NCBI GenBank assembly: GCA_963693365.1
Contig: CAVNZM010000009.1
Coordinates: 4,351,146 to 4,415,145, forward strand
Direction of reading: 5' to 3'
DNA: 64,000 nt
Source: Amoebidium appalachense
Lineage: Eukaryota; Protista; Ichthyosporea
Below, one piece after another: positions 41,360 through 54,552 of the stretch. A model generated the notes under the pieces. The model ran no database searches and had not been told where the DNA came from. It was given only the letters and a program-made list of their open reading frames with translations. Numbering within the stretch: the stretch's first letter is position 1; the number at the start of each line of letters is the position of its first letter. The position numbers and the translations under genes were made by a program.

Positions 41360-42013
41360 ATGACACAGAAAAAGACACGGGACAGGGCGCTTGTTATTTC
41401 TCGTGAACAACATGGAGTTTATACATATATTCTCAGTGATGTACCCGTGGCTTTGCCAGAGGGGCTAGCTCTCGAGCACAGCCTGGGCGTAATCAGAGTA
41501 GGCAGTGTGGTGGAAGTAGATGACGGCAGAGGAGTGGGGCTAGGTTGGGCAAAACAAATTTGTCTGAACTCAGTGCCGGCACCCTTAGTTCTAGTTGAGT
41601 TTGTGATTAAGTTGTTAGGGGAGGCTGCTGACTGGCTTGGTAAAACAGAGCAACAGCTGATAAACGAAAGGAGAAGGTATAAACACGGTGTGGAGGTCTT
41701 TTTGCGACCAGCTAGGGATGCTGAATGGGTTATGGTTGAGCACGTTGTTAGCATCGATGCTATTCAGCTAGTGAAAAAGGAGTTCTACAACGACACAGCG
41801 CCTGGCTACTTTTATCGTGCTGCTTTAAGCAAAGGTGGCCGCACAAGAACCGTTAAGTTCGTTGTTTCCAAGGAGAGTGAACTTTATGGCAGGTATGCTT
41901 GCTGCTGGAGAGGATGTTTTACTGTCGCTTCTCTTTTCGCTCTTCCAGACTACATAAATTATATACAGACAGACACACACGGGTTTCCCTCCTCTTCCTC
42001 AAAGGCTGTATAG
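41360..42013 (+). CDS. Unidentified ORF, possibly a transposon-derived fragment
   Basis: Globular-looking translation over ~41420-41920 (LSDVPVALPEG...TVKFVVSKESELYGRY) in non-repetitive DNA. No motif recognised; start uncertain. Confidence 0.4.
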   Translation: MTQKKTRDRALVISREQHGVYTYILSDVPVALPEGLALEHSLGVIRVGSVVEVDDGRGVGLGWAKQICLNSVPAPLVLVEFVIKLLGEAADWLGKTEQQLINERRRYKHGVEVFLRPARDAEWVMVEHVVSIDAIQLVKKEFYNDTAPGYFYRAALSKGGRTRTVKFVVSKESELYGRYACCWRGCFTVASLFALPDYINYIQTDTHGFPSSSSKAV

Positions 42014-43055
42014 CTTTCACCTCACACTTTTTCTCTTTCGCCTCCCTCCATTCCCCCCCCCCCCCCCCCCCCCCTCCCTTGCTACAACCGGCACCCCTAA
42101 TCCCCCTAACAGGCTCTCCTCATCTCTCTCTGTCGTTCATTCCAGCGGTTCCCCTCGCCCTCTTTCCCCTGCATCTGGCCCCCCCCTCCCCCCCCCCCCC
42201 CCCCCCTTCCCCCCCTCCCCCCCCTCCCTCCCCCCGCCCCTCCCCCCCGTCCCCCGTCTCTCCACTCCTCTGTGCTCTCTCCTTGTCTCCCCCTCACTTC
42301 TCCCTGGAGTGTCTCTTTCGCTTCCTCTCCCTGTCCCTCTTATCCCTAGTGCTCAAAGGTCTTCAAATTCCCTTTCTTTCACCTCTGCTCCTCGCTTTCT
42401 CTCTCTGTATTCCCACCTATTCCCTTTTTTGCTCCTCCCCTATCCCCTCCCTTCCTCCCCCCCTTCCCTCCCCTGTCGCCCAACCCCCATCTTCATTTCT
42501 TAAAGGAGCTCTGCTGTACCTCTCCTTTTGGACGATTTGTGTCGCACGTGCGTGAATCTGTGTGTGTGTATGTGTTTGTGTGCGTCCCTGTGCATGTGTC
42601 CTTCTTATATATATAGACTGAGCCTGTGTAACCCTTTTCTTAGGGTTGTCATGTATGGCATTCACGCTGCAAGAGAGTCGGAGTGGGCCAGGACTGGCAT
42701 GTGTGGTTTTTTTTGGCATGTGTTATTATGGGTTTGCCGGATCTCTAAATATTTATTACTCAAATCTTTAATTTCTTGGGTTGTGAGGAGAGGGGGGGGG
42801 GGGGGGGGGGGAGGAGAGAGAGAGAGAGAGAGAGATAGAGGGAGAGGGAGAGAGGGGGGGGGGATGAGGGGGGGGGGGGTGGGGGGAGGGGGGAAGGGTT
42901 AGGGGGAGGAGTTACTATTGGTCGTCTTTTGAAGCCTTAAATAGATTGTAAAGGGAATTGACGAGGCAAAATTCCGGTCAAGCATGCTGCTTCTTCGGCT
43001 GCAATACAATAAAATATCGTTGCTGAAACATAAATAATTGATAGAACTGCAGCTT

Positions 43056-43092
<37 letters not shown>

Positions 43093-43407
43093 CGTCCCCT
43101 CCCTCGGCTCCCCCTCCCACGCACGTGCACACACACACATACTCACATGTCACCATTACAGCTTCTGCTGCATGCTCGCGCACACATACGCACAGAGGGG
43201 GGGGGGGGGGGGGGGGGGGGGGTTGTGTGTGTGTGTGTGTTTGTGTGTGTATGTGTGTGTATTTGGAGGGGGGGGGGGGGGGGGGGGGGGACGTTATTTT
43301 CTCTTTTTTTGTCGGTTTCTCAGTCCTCTTTTTCCTTTCTTTCCTTTTTTCTTTCTTTTTTTTTTGGGGCCCGGGGGTGTGTGTGGGTGTGGGTATGTGT
43401 GTGGGAG

Positions 43408-43440
<33 letters not shown>

Positions 43441-43454
43441 GGGGGGGGGGGATA

Positions 43455-44165
43455 CCAGCCTGTGCGCGCATGTTTCCTTGCTGCAGTTCTTCCCTACCCG
43501 TTGCCCGGTGTTTTGTGAGCATATGAAGAGGCTCGAACAGTTGTCTGCTGGTGCAAACATACACGGGTTTGCCCATGGGATTCAGGCACAAACGCGAGAG
43601 TGTGTTTTGCAAGCATTGCTTTGGGATGGTATGCAGAGCTTGAGCAGTGAGAACGCCTGAATCCATAGTGCGTGTTAGGTCCTCCGTTATTTTGTGCTGA
43701 GCCCATGTTCGATGTGTTTGCACTGTCCCGAGAGGGCCAGGCAAGTTAAGTAGTTGAAGGCGAATGGGATCTTCATTATACTTTGTAACCGCGATGTGTT
43801 GCTGTAGGAGTCTTATAGTGTGCTCCTTTCTGTATTCTTCTAGGCTTTCCGGCCCATTCATTTTGCATGCCAATTTATTGCTGTGCGAAGGCTTGAATTC
43901 AAAGGTTTTCACGTGCGGGCCCCGGTGGTTTCAAACTCGGCTATAGCTCTTGCCAGCGCCGGGCGCGGCACCACACACAAATCACAACGTAACTAAAGCA
44001 CACATGGACACCGTGGCATTTCGTGATACATGATAATGTTCTTGCGCGAAACAGTTTTTTTGTATCTGTTAGGTAGCTTTTCGACGCTCCATTCCATATA
44101 AACTCATGTGCAGGTTTTGACAAAGCAGAAGTGTTGGAGAGTAAAGAGTGATTATATTCAGTCAC
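43455..44165 (-). pseudogene. Degraded coding remnant, possibly a retroelement C-terminal region
   Basis: Two adjacent complex minus-strand frames (…AHEFIWNGASK…KLFRARTL… and MKTFEFKP…) broken by a stop or frameshift. The family assignment is an impression only. Confidence 0.3.
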
Positions 44166-44948
44166 GGTGCCCCAATTCGCCAGTTTTGACTACACGTTTG
44201 CATGCGAGTATCCACTGACCCAGACACTGCTCTAAATCTCGAAACGGGTGCAGGGAACTGACATGAACCGTTAGCACTAGGTTACTTGTGAACCGTTACG
44301 GGTAGGCGGATGCACTGCTAAATGTATTGAGCACGAAAGTATGGAGAGAAACGTTCTTTTATCCAGGATTGCCACTTTCATGTTTGCAGCTTCAACACAA
44401 CGTATTGATGCCGAAGATTACAACTGAGATATATCTGCTGATGCACCTACCAACATCCGATTAGGTAGTGGGTGTTGGGTGTTTTTTGGTTTATGTTGTT
44501 GTTGGTGGCCGTGGTGAGTCACAGTGTATAATGTGTGTGTGTGTGTGTGTGTGTGTATGCGTGTGCGCGCGTCTGTGTGTGTGTGTGCATGTGCACGTGT
44601 GTGTGTGATTGTGTGGGGACACTGGGGTTAAAAAGGAAACTTTTTTATTTCATGATATGAATTTGGTTTCTCTCCTGTACTTAGCAGATTATTCGTAGTA
44701 CCCTTGTGACCTTCCTGTTACAATTTGTCAAGTCGTAAATATTAAATATTCACATCAATCTAGAGTGCTCTTCTGCACAGTGATTTAAGCGGCGAAAATA
44801 ACTACATTATTACACAAGGAGGAAAATGTGCAGGAAAGTGACAGTAACTTACTAAATGGGGAAAATAACCTAGCTACGGAACTTTGGCACTAACTGAGTA
44901 AATATACAGCCGTGTATGCATGCAGCTCTTATGTGGGGCGTTTTATAA

Positions 44949-45521
44949 CTACAGTCTAAATTTGTTGCATTCAGACCCATCAGACATGTTAATACACTGG
45001 TAGTATGTGGCATCCCCGCCATAGTACGGCCCCACCTTGTCCACCCACCACTTGAGGCTGTGGTCGAGGTTACTCCCGCACGTTGGGCCGGTGAAAATAG
45101 GCCTCATGTACTGTGGTTTGAGCAAAGTCTTTTGCCAGTTAGCTTTTGTCGGAACCGCTTCGACCTTGAAACACTCTGCCTGCCTCCACAGCGACAGAGT
45201 CCATTTACTTGTCAGCCTGTCGCCTGGCTTGAGCGTTGTGTACCCCTTGGCGGACCATGACTCTATCAGGTAGTCTATGGGCGCCTTTTTGACCTCTTTG
45301 TCTCCCCCTGTCCCTACCTTTACAGCGTTATTTATCAAAGCGCCAACACCACCCACGTCTCCTGCGAGTTTACCACCACCCGCGACCCTGCCTAGAATCA
45401 TGCTTGCTGCCTTGGCGAGTGTCAGGCCGATGGCGGCCGCCGCCATGTCCGGGCCAACCTGGCACACGTAGGTGTCGGCGGTGTCGTTGATGACGGTAAG
45501 CGTGGACATGCATTCACCCAT
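44949..45521 (-). CDS. Intronless 190-aa hypothetical protein with predicted N-terminal acylation motif
   Basis: ATG at 45521 gives MGECMSTLTVINDT, then an Ala/Gly-rich hydrophobic segment and a Trp-rich C-terminal half (WTLSLWRQAEC, YMRPIFTG). No microsatellites. Confidence 0.8.
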   Translation of the reverse strand: MGECMSTLTVINDTADTYVCQVGPDMAAAAIGLTLAKAASMILGRVAGGGKLAGDVGGVGALINNAVKVGTGGDKEVKKAPIDYLIESWSAKGYTTLKPGDRLTSKWTLSLWRQAECFKVEAVPTKANWQKTLLKPQYMRPIFTGPTCGSNLDHSLKWWVDKVGPYYGGDATYYQCINMSDGSECNKFRL

Positions 45522-46244
45522 CTTGGCAGAGTTTTGCAAGCGGTCGTAGCAAACTTGTTGAAGCACTAGTACTGGTGTTGGACGAATGGTTCAGTGGGTG
45601 TTCACTGAACTTGGTGACACTTTCACAGATGGAGGAGCGCTATGGGATGCCGTCCGGTCGCTGCAACTATGTAGTTTTCCCGATGGCCACACAATTTATG
45701 GTGTTCGCCTTGCAAGGTCAACTTGGATGGGCTGTCACCGGCCTTCAAAAGACCCAGCTGAGGCCGCGTCTGCCACGGGACAGCAACACAACTGCAGCCG
45801 CCGTAAAGGCTGTGCGTCTTTTATCTTTTTTTTGTGGTCGTGTACGGCATAGCGGAGCATAGCGGCCGTTGCCGTCATAGCCTCGCACTCGGCCTAAATT
45901 GAACCCCCTTCTATAAAAAGGCTGCCATTGCTGATAAGATGTGAATTCATGGCTGTGGAAGCTGCATGCGCAGGCTGGCAGCCGTTGCGGCTGGGGTATC
46001 GAGATTGGGGGGGGGGGGGGGGGATTCGTGCTGTTTATTAAAGACAGGTAGTAAGTGAGATTCGAGAAAATGTTTGGTACGGCTGTGGCCGTATACTGGT
46101 AGTGGTACTGTACACACGGTAATCCCTGAGTGAGTGATCATGACATGCATGCAATTGGAATCATTCCCCCCCCCCCCCCCCCCCCCTTACCCCCCTCCCC
46201 CTCCCCCTCTAATTACCCCTGTCTCTCTCTCTCCCCCCTAAGCC

Positions 46245-46279
<35 letters not shown>

Positions 46280-46312
46280 TCTCTCTCTTTCTTCTCTCTC
46301 TCTCTCTCAGAG

Positions 46313-46438
<126 letters not shown>

Positions 46439-46507
46439 CCCCCCCCCCCCCCCCTCTCTCTCTCCCTCTCTTTCTCTCTCTCCCCCCCCCTCCCCCCCCC
46501 CCCCCCC

Positions 46508-46552
<45 letters not shown>

Positions 46553-47710
46553 CGTCTAGCTAGATAGCTCCCGCGAGGCTCTCTCTTCCTCCCTCTCTCG
46601 CCCTGGATCCCTCCAATAGCTAGGCTGCTGCTTCCCTCATCCCCGGACCCCCGGGGCCTTTTGCTACATGTGCAGTTGTGCACCACGCACATTCGCAGAG
46701 TCCAGTATGTATTGCAGAGCCGCGGCCCGCTCGCGGGCCATTTTTTGAACTTGATGATAAATGAGGTATGCATTTTATCTCCAGTCGACCAATAGTTGAC
46801 ATTTTAAAGACGATTGGCGAATATCTTATCAACGCGAATATCATTATTCAATTCAGGGTAAACAAAAAGACTCCGCGCAAGACCAGAAGTCACATGTACG
46901 GAGTTGAAGGCGTGACACAACAATAAGGTCGTGTTCTGGGTTCTAACCTCTCTCTGGGATTTTCAATTTTTCAGACTAGCAATGTGTAATAGAACAATGC
47001 ACGGCGTACATACACACCGTCCCTAAAACACATCTAAAATACATGTATGCATCAATGCCTCGCCCAGCCTTATTGAATTCTACTCAAGTGTACCGTCGGT
47101 CCGTCAGTACCGTTGCTTCAGCCGCAGTACACGGTATGGCCATGCAGAGTAAAAAGGAAAGGCTATTGTTCTCCGAGGCTTTCAAAGCTTCTTTACGTAC
47201 TCCTCCAGTTCCCAAGCAAACCCAAAGCTGCAAATGTATGTACAGTTATTGTCCTAAAGGTAGGCAGATATGTGTTTTTTTTTGTCGTTCCCATGTTGTC
47301 AACTGACTCAACGTTGGCCCGGGCATGCACGTTTTTATCCGCTGTGACGTCATCGTCATAAGGATGCAAACATACGCAACCCTCGGCCGCGCTCACCCAC
47401 TCTGATTCTATCATCGGATATCAGTTGCTTCTTCTGGCAGTTTTAGCTGTAGGGCCTGCACCTCTACAACCTATCGTATATAGACTCGAGATTACTCCTT
47501 CAAACTTTGAAGCCTCACACATGCAGCCTCGGAGCCGCATCTGTTTGTGATTATATGACCTTGTTCATAAGTCACAAGCCGTTTCCCGCTGTTTCCGAAG
47601 TGACACATAACCCGGAGACCCCTACACAACAGCCTAATATTAGACTCCTACTGTAACAAGCACCCACGTCTTCCTTTGCCTATCTTCTGATCTTGCCATA
47701 ATTCTCAGCC

Positions 47711-48003
47711 ATGAATCTCTCGCACCTTTCCGTTTTCCTTGCCGCCATCTGCAGCAGCATGATTCTGGCCGCACCTTCGACCGCAGACAGTTTGGCCCAG
47801 GCAGTCGAAGCGGCCCTTCAACCCCCCCAGCCCCAACAGCCACCCGCCCAGGTGCCTGTGGCTGGGCCCCTCGACTCGCCAGTGGCTTCAAATGTGCAGG
47901 GGGCACCCGCTACAAATGCAGTGAATGGCATTGTGGAGGAGAAGAAAGGTGGGTGGGATTGTACATGTAGATTGTTGAATGTTACAGGGTGTGAGCATTC
48001 GCC

Positions 48004-48044
<41 letters not shown>

Positions 48045-49587
48045 CGAGTGTGACTGTGTACGTGCGCGCGTGTGCATGGGAGCCGGGTGTATCAAGTTCA
48101 CACGCATTCACTATTATCATGGAATTCCAACACACTCAGTGAAACACAATTTTTGCGAACTGTCTGTTATAATTTCTGTTAGCCTGAAATGCGAGTTTTT
48201 ACCCTGAGTACCGTCAAAGTATGTGCCTAATAAGGCTCCATTTATTTTTTTGTTTTTTGCAATTATTCTTCCGGTGTGATCATTTCAGTAGTTTGAGCCT
48301 TGAATGTCTTACTCCCAACCCACCTTCTTTTAGATGGGTCCGTCCATTTCCTTCCCCACTGACAGTGTATTAAACAACTATCTATTATTTAACTTAAAGG
48401 CAGATATATCAACTATTTATTAACCCTCTGTCTTTCTCCGCAAGCAGCAATTGAGAAAGCCGAAGAGGCCACAGGCGCAGAGTTGATTGGTGAGCTGGCC
48501 GACCTGATTTCATTGGTGGATTCGTCACCAACAATGCCCAAGGATCGTCGCCAGAGCATCATTTTGGGCATTGTGGAGACTCAGTTCTATTATTTGGCTT
48601 CGTTTGCTCAGAGGAAGAGACCGGAGATCAACATGGCGGGAGAGTCTGTCATCGACGTTATCATTGGTACGTATTTCCCCCTTCTTTTAGCAATCAATGT
48701 TTTTTTTAGGGTTTTTTTAAGGGTTTTTTAGGTTTTTTTTTTTTTTTAGGGTTTTCAAAGGGTTTTTTTTTAGAGTTTTCAAAGGGTTTTTTTAAGGGGG
48801 TTTTTTGTAGGGTTTTCAAAGCTTCTTTCCTCTCTCGGAAAAGGAAGAGGGGAGGGATAGATAGAGGGGAGGGAGAGAGAGGGGGGGGGGGGAGAGAGAG
48901 GGGGGGGGGAGAGAGTGAGAGAGAGAGAGAGAGAGAATAAAGAGAGTGAAAACAGATCGAAGGAGAGTGTCTCAGACTGACTCGGAAAATGCAGGCACTG
49001 CACCGTTGAATACGCATAACATTCCATCCAATCTCTGCCCGTCTATGTTATATAAGTACCCTAGTTCAAGCTGTTAGACCGTGGCCTCTAAGATAGGAAG
49101 GTGAGTATTTCACTTGTCACAAATTACCGTGTATATAACTGTGCGCGTGAGACTGGTTGTTGTGCGTAGCCGCTGGCACACATACACACACACAGACTTA
49201 TAACCCCACCTTCCTCTCAGTATTTCACTTGTCACAAATTACCGTGTATATTACTGTGCGCGTGAGACTGGTTGTTGTGCGTAGCCGCTGGCACACACAC
49301 ACACACACAGACTTATAACCCCGCCTCCCCCTCCCTCCCTCCCCCCTTCACGCCCCCCCTCCCCCCTCCCCCCCCCCCCTCCCCTCCCCTCCCCCCTCCC
49401 CTTCCTCTGTCCTCCTCCCCACAAAAACAAACAGACTACAACACCAAGCTTCCGGAATCCATCGTCACAGCCACCAAGGCCAAGTCCGACGATTTAGTGA
49501 AAAATGTTATCGAAATCCTAAAAACCCCTGCCTCAGCAAGCCGGGTAACTTAGAGCCCCCCCCCCCCCCCCCCCACCTCTCTCTCTC

Positions 49588-49622
<35 letters not shown>

Positions 49623-50237
49623 TTCCTCTCACCACCACCACCACACACATCCTTTTTCGGCCACCCTCACATAGCTGCTCGGAAAGGCGCCATCCTTTTC
49701 TGCGAGTTCAAGTTGGGTCCACACATACTGGCATGGTTTGTGAATGAAGACAAGCTTGCAGCTGCACAAACTCTAAGGCACTCAGTTGGTTAGTCACTGT
49801 CGGTTCCCCCAAAAAAAGAAATCCCTCATGCTACTGACTAATTTAGTAGTCTAAGCTTTAGTTAGGCATTCTTGATTTTGAAACGGGGAGGGGGGAAGAA
49901 GTTACTTTGGGGGGGGAGGGGGGACCCACCCACCCCTTCGGCTAACAGGGGGAAGGGGGGGGGGGGGAGGGACCCACATGAGCAAGGTGGGTCCCCCCCC
50001 CCCCAGGGGGGGGGGGGGGGGGGGGGGGGATCAGCAGCAGTGTACAGACAATGCCAAAACGTAAACATTGAGGCTAACTAATAGGAATAGGATTCCTTGA
50101 TCACTTGCAACTCAGGCTATGCCATACGGTCATACTCCCCCCCCCCCCCCCTCCCCTCTCCCCCACTCCCCCCACTCCCCCCCCCCCCCCCCCCGGGGGG
50201 GCACGAACGAGTAGAGTGTCATGGTGTGTGTGTACGG

Positions 50238-50272
<35 letters not shown>

Positions 50273-50404
50273 TGTGTGTTTGTGTATGTGTGTGACACTG
50301 TGTGCGTATGTGTGTGTGCGTGTGCGTGTACGGCCCCACGCGCGCGCGTGTGCGTGTGTGCGCACGCGCACGCGCGCGCGCGTTTGTGTCTGTGTGTGTG
50401 TCTA

Positions 50405-50461
<57 letters not shown>

Positions 50462-51257
50462 TTGTGACACTCTGTGTGTACATACATGTGTGTGTGTGTG
50501 TGAGTGTGTGTGTGTGCATGCATGTACGGCCGTGCATGTGCGCGTGTGTGTGTGTGCATGTATGGGTGCGCACGCGCATGTGTGTGGTGCGTTTGTGTGT
50601 GTGCACGTGAGTGTGTGTGTGTTAGGGGGGAGGGGGGGAGGGGGGGGGGAAGAGGAGGGGGGTATGCATCAGTGGCCAAAACGAATACCGTCCTTGGTGG
50701 GTGGAACCTTCGGAGACTCTTTAATACCATGATCACGCGCATGCATGGGGGGAGGGCCGCGGGGGGGGGGGGGGGGGGGGGGAGGGGGGGGGGGGGGGGG
50801 ACCCACCACCCCACTCGGCCAGGTGGGTCCCTTCCCCCCGGGGGGGGGGGGGGGGGGGGGGAGGGGGGAGGGGGGTACCACCAGGGAGGACGTCGATATT
50901 TACTACTCTCCCCCCGGCCCCGTTTCAAATTCGAAAATCCCTTAGGCTGCGCCATCTAACGATTGTTATAAAGCAGGTCCCGAAATGATCATGTTGTTTC
51001 TGTTATGCGTGTGGCTGTGTTGCTCTTATATGGCTTATCTGGAAATTCCGAAATCCGCAGACATTCGCACTCTCGTACACATGTCAAAATTACCGAAAAC
51101 TGACTCGGAAAATCCCAATTCGCAGACCGCCACCTTGAAAAACACGGTCATTGATGCCGTGAAGGGGCTCCAAGTGAAGCTGGCCACCTTGTCCACCGAG
51201 GCCGAACTCTGCAAGCTGGACCAGGCCAACTGCGCGCCCAATGGCACAAAGGCATAA
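47711..51257 (+). CDS. Predicted secreted protein, ~5 exons
   Basis: Signal-peptide-like MNLSHLSVFLAAICSSMILA. Exons: 47711-47948, 48445(or 48448)-48666, 49435-49544, 49675-49788, 51061-51257 (TAA), all GT-AG. Exons 3 and 4 are out of phase by 1 nt as sequenced. Confidence 0.7.
49104..49325. repeat. Direct tandem duplication, ~115 bp x2
   Basis: AGTATTTCACTTGTCACAAATTACCGTG...CAGACTTATAACCCC occurs at ~49104 and ~49219. Confidence 0.9.
49863..50945. mobile_element. Possible degenerate MITE
   Basis: TTTGAAACGGGG near the left end and CCCCGTTTCAAA near the right end. GACCCAC...GTGGGTC hairpins in both subterminal regions. No TSD established. Confidence 0.35.
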
Positions 51258-51549
51258 AAAGCTTTATTTGGTAGTGCACTGCACACTGATGCCAATTAGC
51301 ATAGAAACTCTTTGGCCCTATTGGGTTCGACGCCTCTGTTGTATACGTAAAGTGATTGAAGGCCCGGCCAAATAATATTAGCCCATACATACACGGTGCC
51401 CGTAATCATGGGATCCTGTTCATATGTTAATCAGCCCGGGCCGTTTATTATAAAATTATAACTGCGGCTGTAAATTCAGACACTGCGCATGCATTGCAGC
51501 TTTTGCCGGAGAAAAATTCTATAGGCACTATGTAACTACAGCAGGCTTA

Positions 51550-52604
51550 GGGCCTGTTTGGTAGCGCGCTAAATACGGTTTTTTATCGTATTCGTATTTA
51601 GGGCCTAAATACGTATACGATCCCGTGGCATGCCAAACACGCCGCGGGCTTTTATTTTTTGTAAATACGATAGGGATCGCTTTTATATCGTATTTACGAA
51701 AATCACCTCCGGAGGTGATTTTCGTAAATACGATATGGGAAATTAGCCAATCAGAGCATTTCGCATCATTTATTGGCTATCAGCTAGCCAATGGTACAGC
51801 GAAAGTCGCGGAGGGCACATTTTTACAACAGTACGCATGCCGGCGCATGCACGTGAACAATTCACTGTTAAAAAGAAGGTCGGTGTCATACAAGTCATTT
51901 TGTGTACATGCTCAGTTAAAATTGGCACATGAATTTGGGTTGCACAGGTAAGACAGAGGACGAGGAACCCTACACGGTGCATGATCACAAGCTCAGACTG
52001 TATATATATATATATATATATGCCATAATAATCATTGAAACAATACTGGACTCCGATATATGCATTAATAAAAACAATCAAATGTACATGTACAAACAAC
52101 TCGGTGACATGCAGGCACCACGAGTACTGCATAGACAAGGACAAATTTTAACATTCACTATGTGTTCAGATATGTGGGGAATGCCAGGGACGATCGCGAA
52201 CGTTGGTGATGTAAAACGAGGTCTCTAGCAAGGCTAGCCACCACAATTACTGGCAGTATCCCTTCAATAACAGACATTCTAACCTATTTATGCATTGTTA
52301 AACGAGCAAGGCTCACTGTCGGTGACTCGTTTTTGCCGTTCGCTGTAATACTGACTACAGCTGCACCAGCCTATATGCATGGAATACCGAAGGATGATCA
52401 ATGGGTGCGAATAGGGCCAATCAGATCTCGTGAACATGTATCGACATTTTATGTGACCAGTCACGCCTGACAGCGTTTGGAAGGCACCAACCGTATTTAG
52501 GCCCTAAATACGCATACCACGATAAATTTTGTAAATACGGTACTACCGATCGTATTTAGGGCCTAAATACGAATACGATTATTGGGGTGCTGCCAAACAG
52601 GCCC
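51550..52604. mobile_element. PIF/Harbinger (Tourist-like) non-autonomous element
   Basis: TIRs GGGCCTGTTTGGTAGC / GCTGCCAAACAGGCCC, a TTA TSD on both sides, and subterminal palindromes CGTATTTAGGGCCTAAATACG at both ends. Confidence 0.9.
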
Positions 52605-52911
52605 TTACATATTATAATGATAATGTAGTGAAAGGGTTAGCAGCTACGGCATTCTCAACGATGATGTTTTCAGGTAACTGCCTGTGCAAAACCCGTCAAT
52701 CGCCTATTAATTTTGTGAACGGGCTGAATGACAGGCAAACAGTAGGTGGGTGGGGACTGTTTTCGCCTACGTACAGAATTAATATACCGTGCGTACGTGT
52801 GTGTATGTGCACGCGCCATGTGTACACATGTACATGCACGGCGCCGCGTGTGGATGTCCACGTGTGATGATGTTACACTTCTTGCATGCACGTGTGCATA
52901 CCCCCAGGTTC

Positions 52912-52942
<31 letters not shown>

Positions 52943-53860
52943 ACACACGTGTACACACACACACAACCCGTTCCCCCCCCTCCCGTCCCCCCCCCCCCCC
53001 CCCCCCCCCTCCTACACGTGTACACACACACACACACACACACACTGGCACACATACCACCACTGGTCCCCGGCCTGCAGCTGACTCTCAGACTCCGCAT
53101 ATGTTGAGCCTGCAATTCTGGAACAAACACCGTCGTAAATTCGTATTATATTATACATACATACCATTCCACATGGAGAGATAAAGTACTCGTGTACACG
53201 CATGCAGAGAGATGCCGCCGAATATGTTGCACATGCAATTGATGCCGCCAGCGAAAATATCACGTTATGGGGTAAACAGAGTATGATCGAATGCAGGTTT
53301 ACCGCTATAGGCCCGGGCCTAGCAATTCACATGTCTATTGAAGTGAACATGGTTACACCCATCATTTATAAGCACGTTAGTGTGTGGCAGCTTGTTTACC
53401 TCAGCCTATTAAGGGTATTAATGTTAACGTTTATTACCAAACTTTACATCGTTAATTTCTATACAACTGTGTTCAATACTGAGTGGACATCACTCTCAAT
53501 AAACAGTAAAGGTATTCTACAACACCATGCCTCTTTACATTTCCAAATCAGCCAATCAAACGTAGTATTTTTTTATATAAAATCTCACAATATCTCACTA
53601 AATACACCTATATATGCAGAGTGTGCGACAACAATTATTAGACAGTAATACTGGCATTTGATCAAACAGTCATTCAAGCTTTCAACTACCTGAGGAACAC
53701 ATTCAACACATATAAATCCCAACAGAGAACGGGATAAAGTCCATAAATCGTTTTAACTATCGCACAAGTATAAAACACATCGGTGCCGGTCCGGTCGCGT
53801 CTAACACATCTGCCTACAATCACCTTCAGAAACCAGAATATCGATACGCGCGCAGGCCAA

Positions 53861-53929
<69 letters not shown>

Positions 53930-53989
53930 CATACACACACACAGCCGAAAGGAGTTATACGGGAGGTTGTGCAAAGGTGTGTTGAAATT

Positions 53990-54068
53990 ACGTCACTTTC
54001 TTAGCCTGCATTCCCTTTCCCCCCTCGTAAATCACGTCACTTTCTTAGCCTGCATTCACTTTCCCCCT
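53990..54068. repeat. Direct repeat, ~44 bp x2
   Basis: ACGTCACTTTCTTAGCCTGCATTC(C/A)CTTTCCCCC occurs twice. Confidence 0.8.
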
Positions 54069-54142
54069 TCCTCAATCCAAACTTGAACCCCCACCACTCA
54101 CGAATTTCACGTGTGACCCCTCCCCATCCGCTTCGGAAACGT

Positions 54143-54458
54143 TTACACTGGCCGCCGAACCCCCCAACCCCCCAAAAAGCTCAACCATGAGCCCCCCTTC
54201 CCACCTGCCACCGCGCTTTTCCCGCTGCCTACATTTGTACTTCTCTTGCTCGACTCGATCGGCTGCGACATCCTACGATTTGGCATGATTTTCGGTTGTG
54301 AAATCGACGGAGATACGGAATTTCGGTGCTGGGTGGGGGGTTTTGGTGAAATTTCAGCGCGCCGGCAGCATGGCTTGGTGCATGTGTAGCCCGCATGCGA
54401 GGCATCTGATTGGAAGATGCGGTAGGCTGCAAGGGCCTGCGACTCGCTGAGCCCATAC

Positions 54459-54552
<94 letters not shown>

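Noticed and set aside
45911-45920. TATA box CTATAAAAAG
   Set aside because: It points away from the adjacent minus-strand gene and is ~1.8 kb from the next plus-strand ATG; no supporting evidence.
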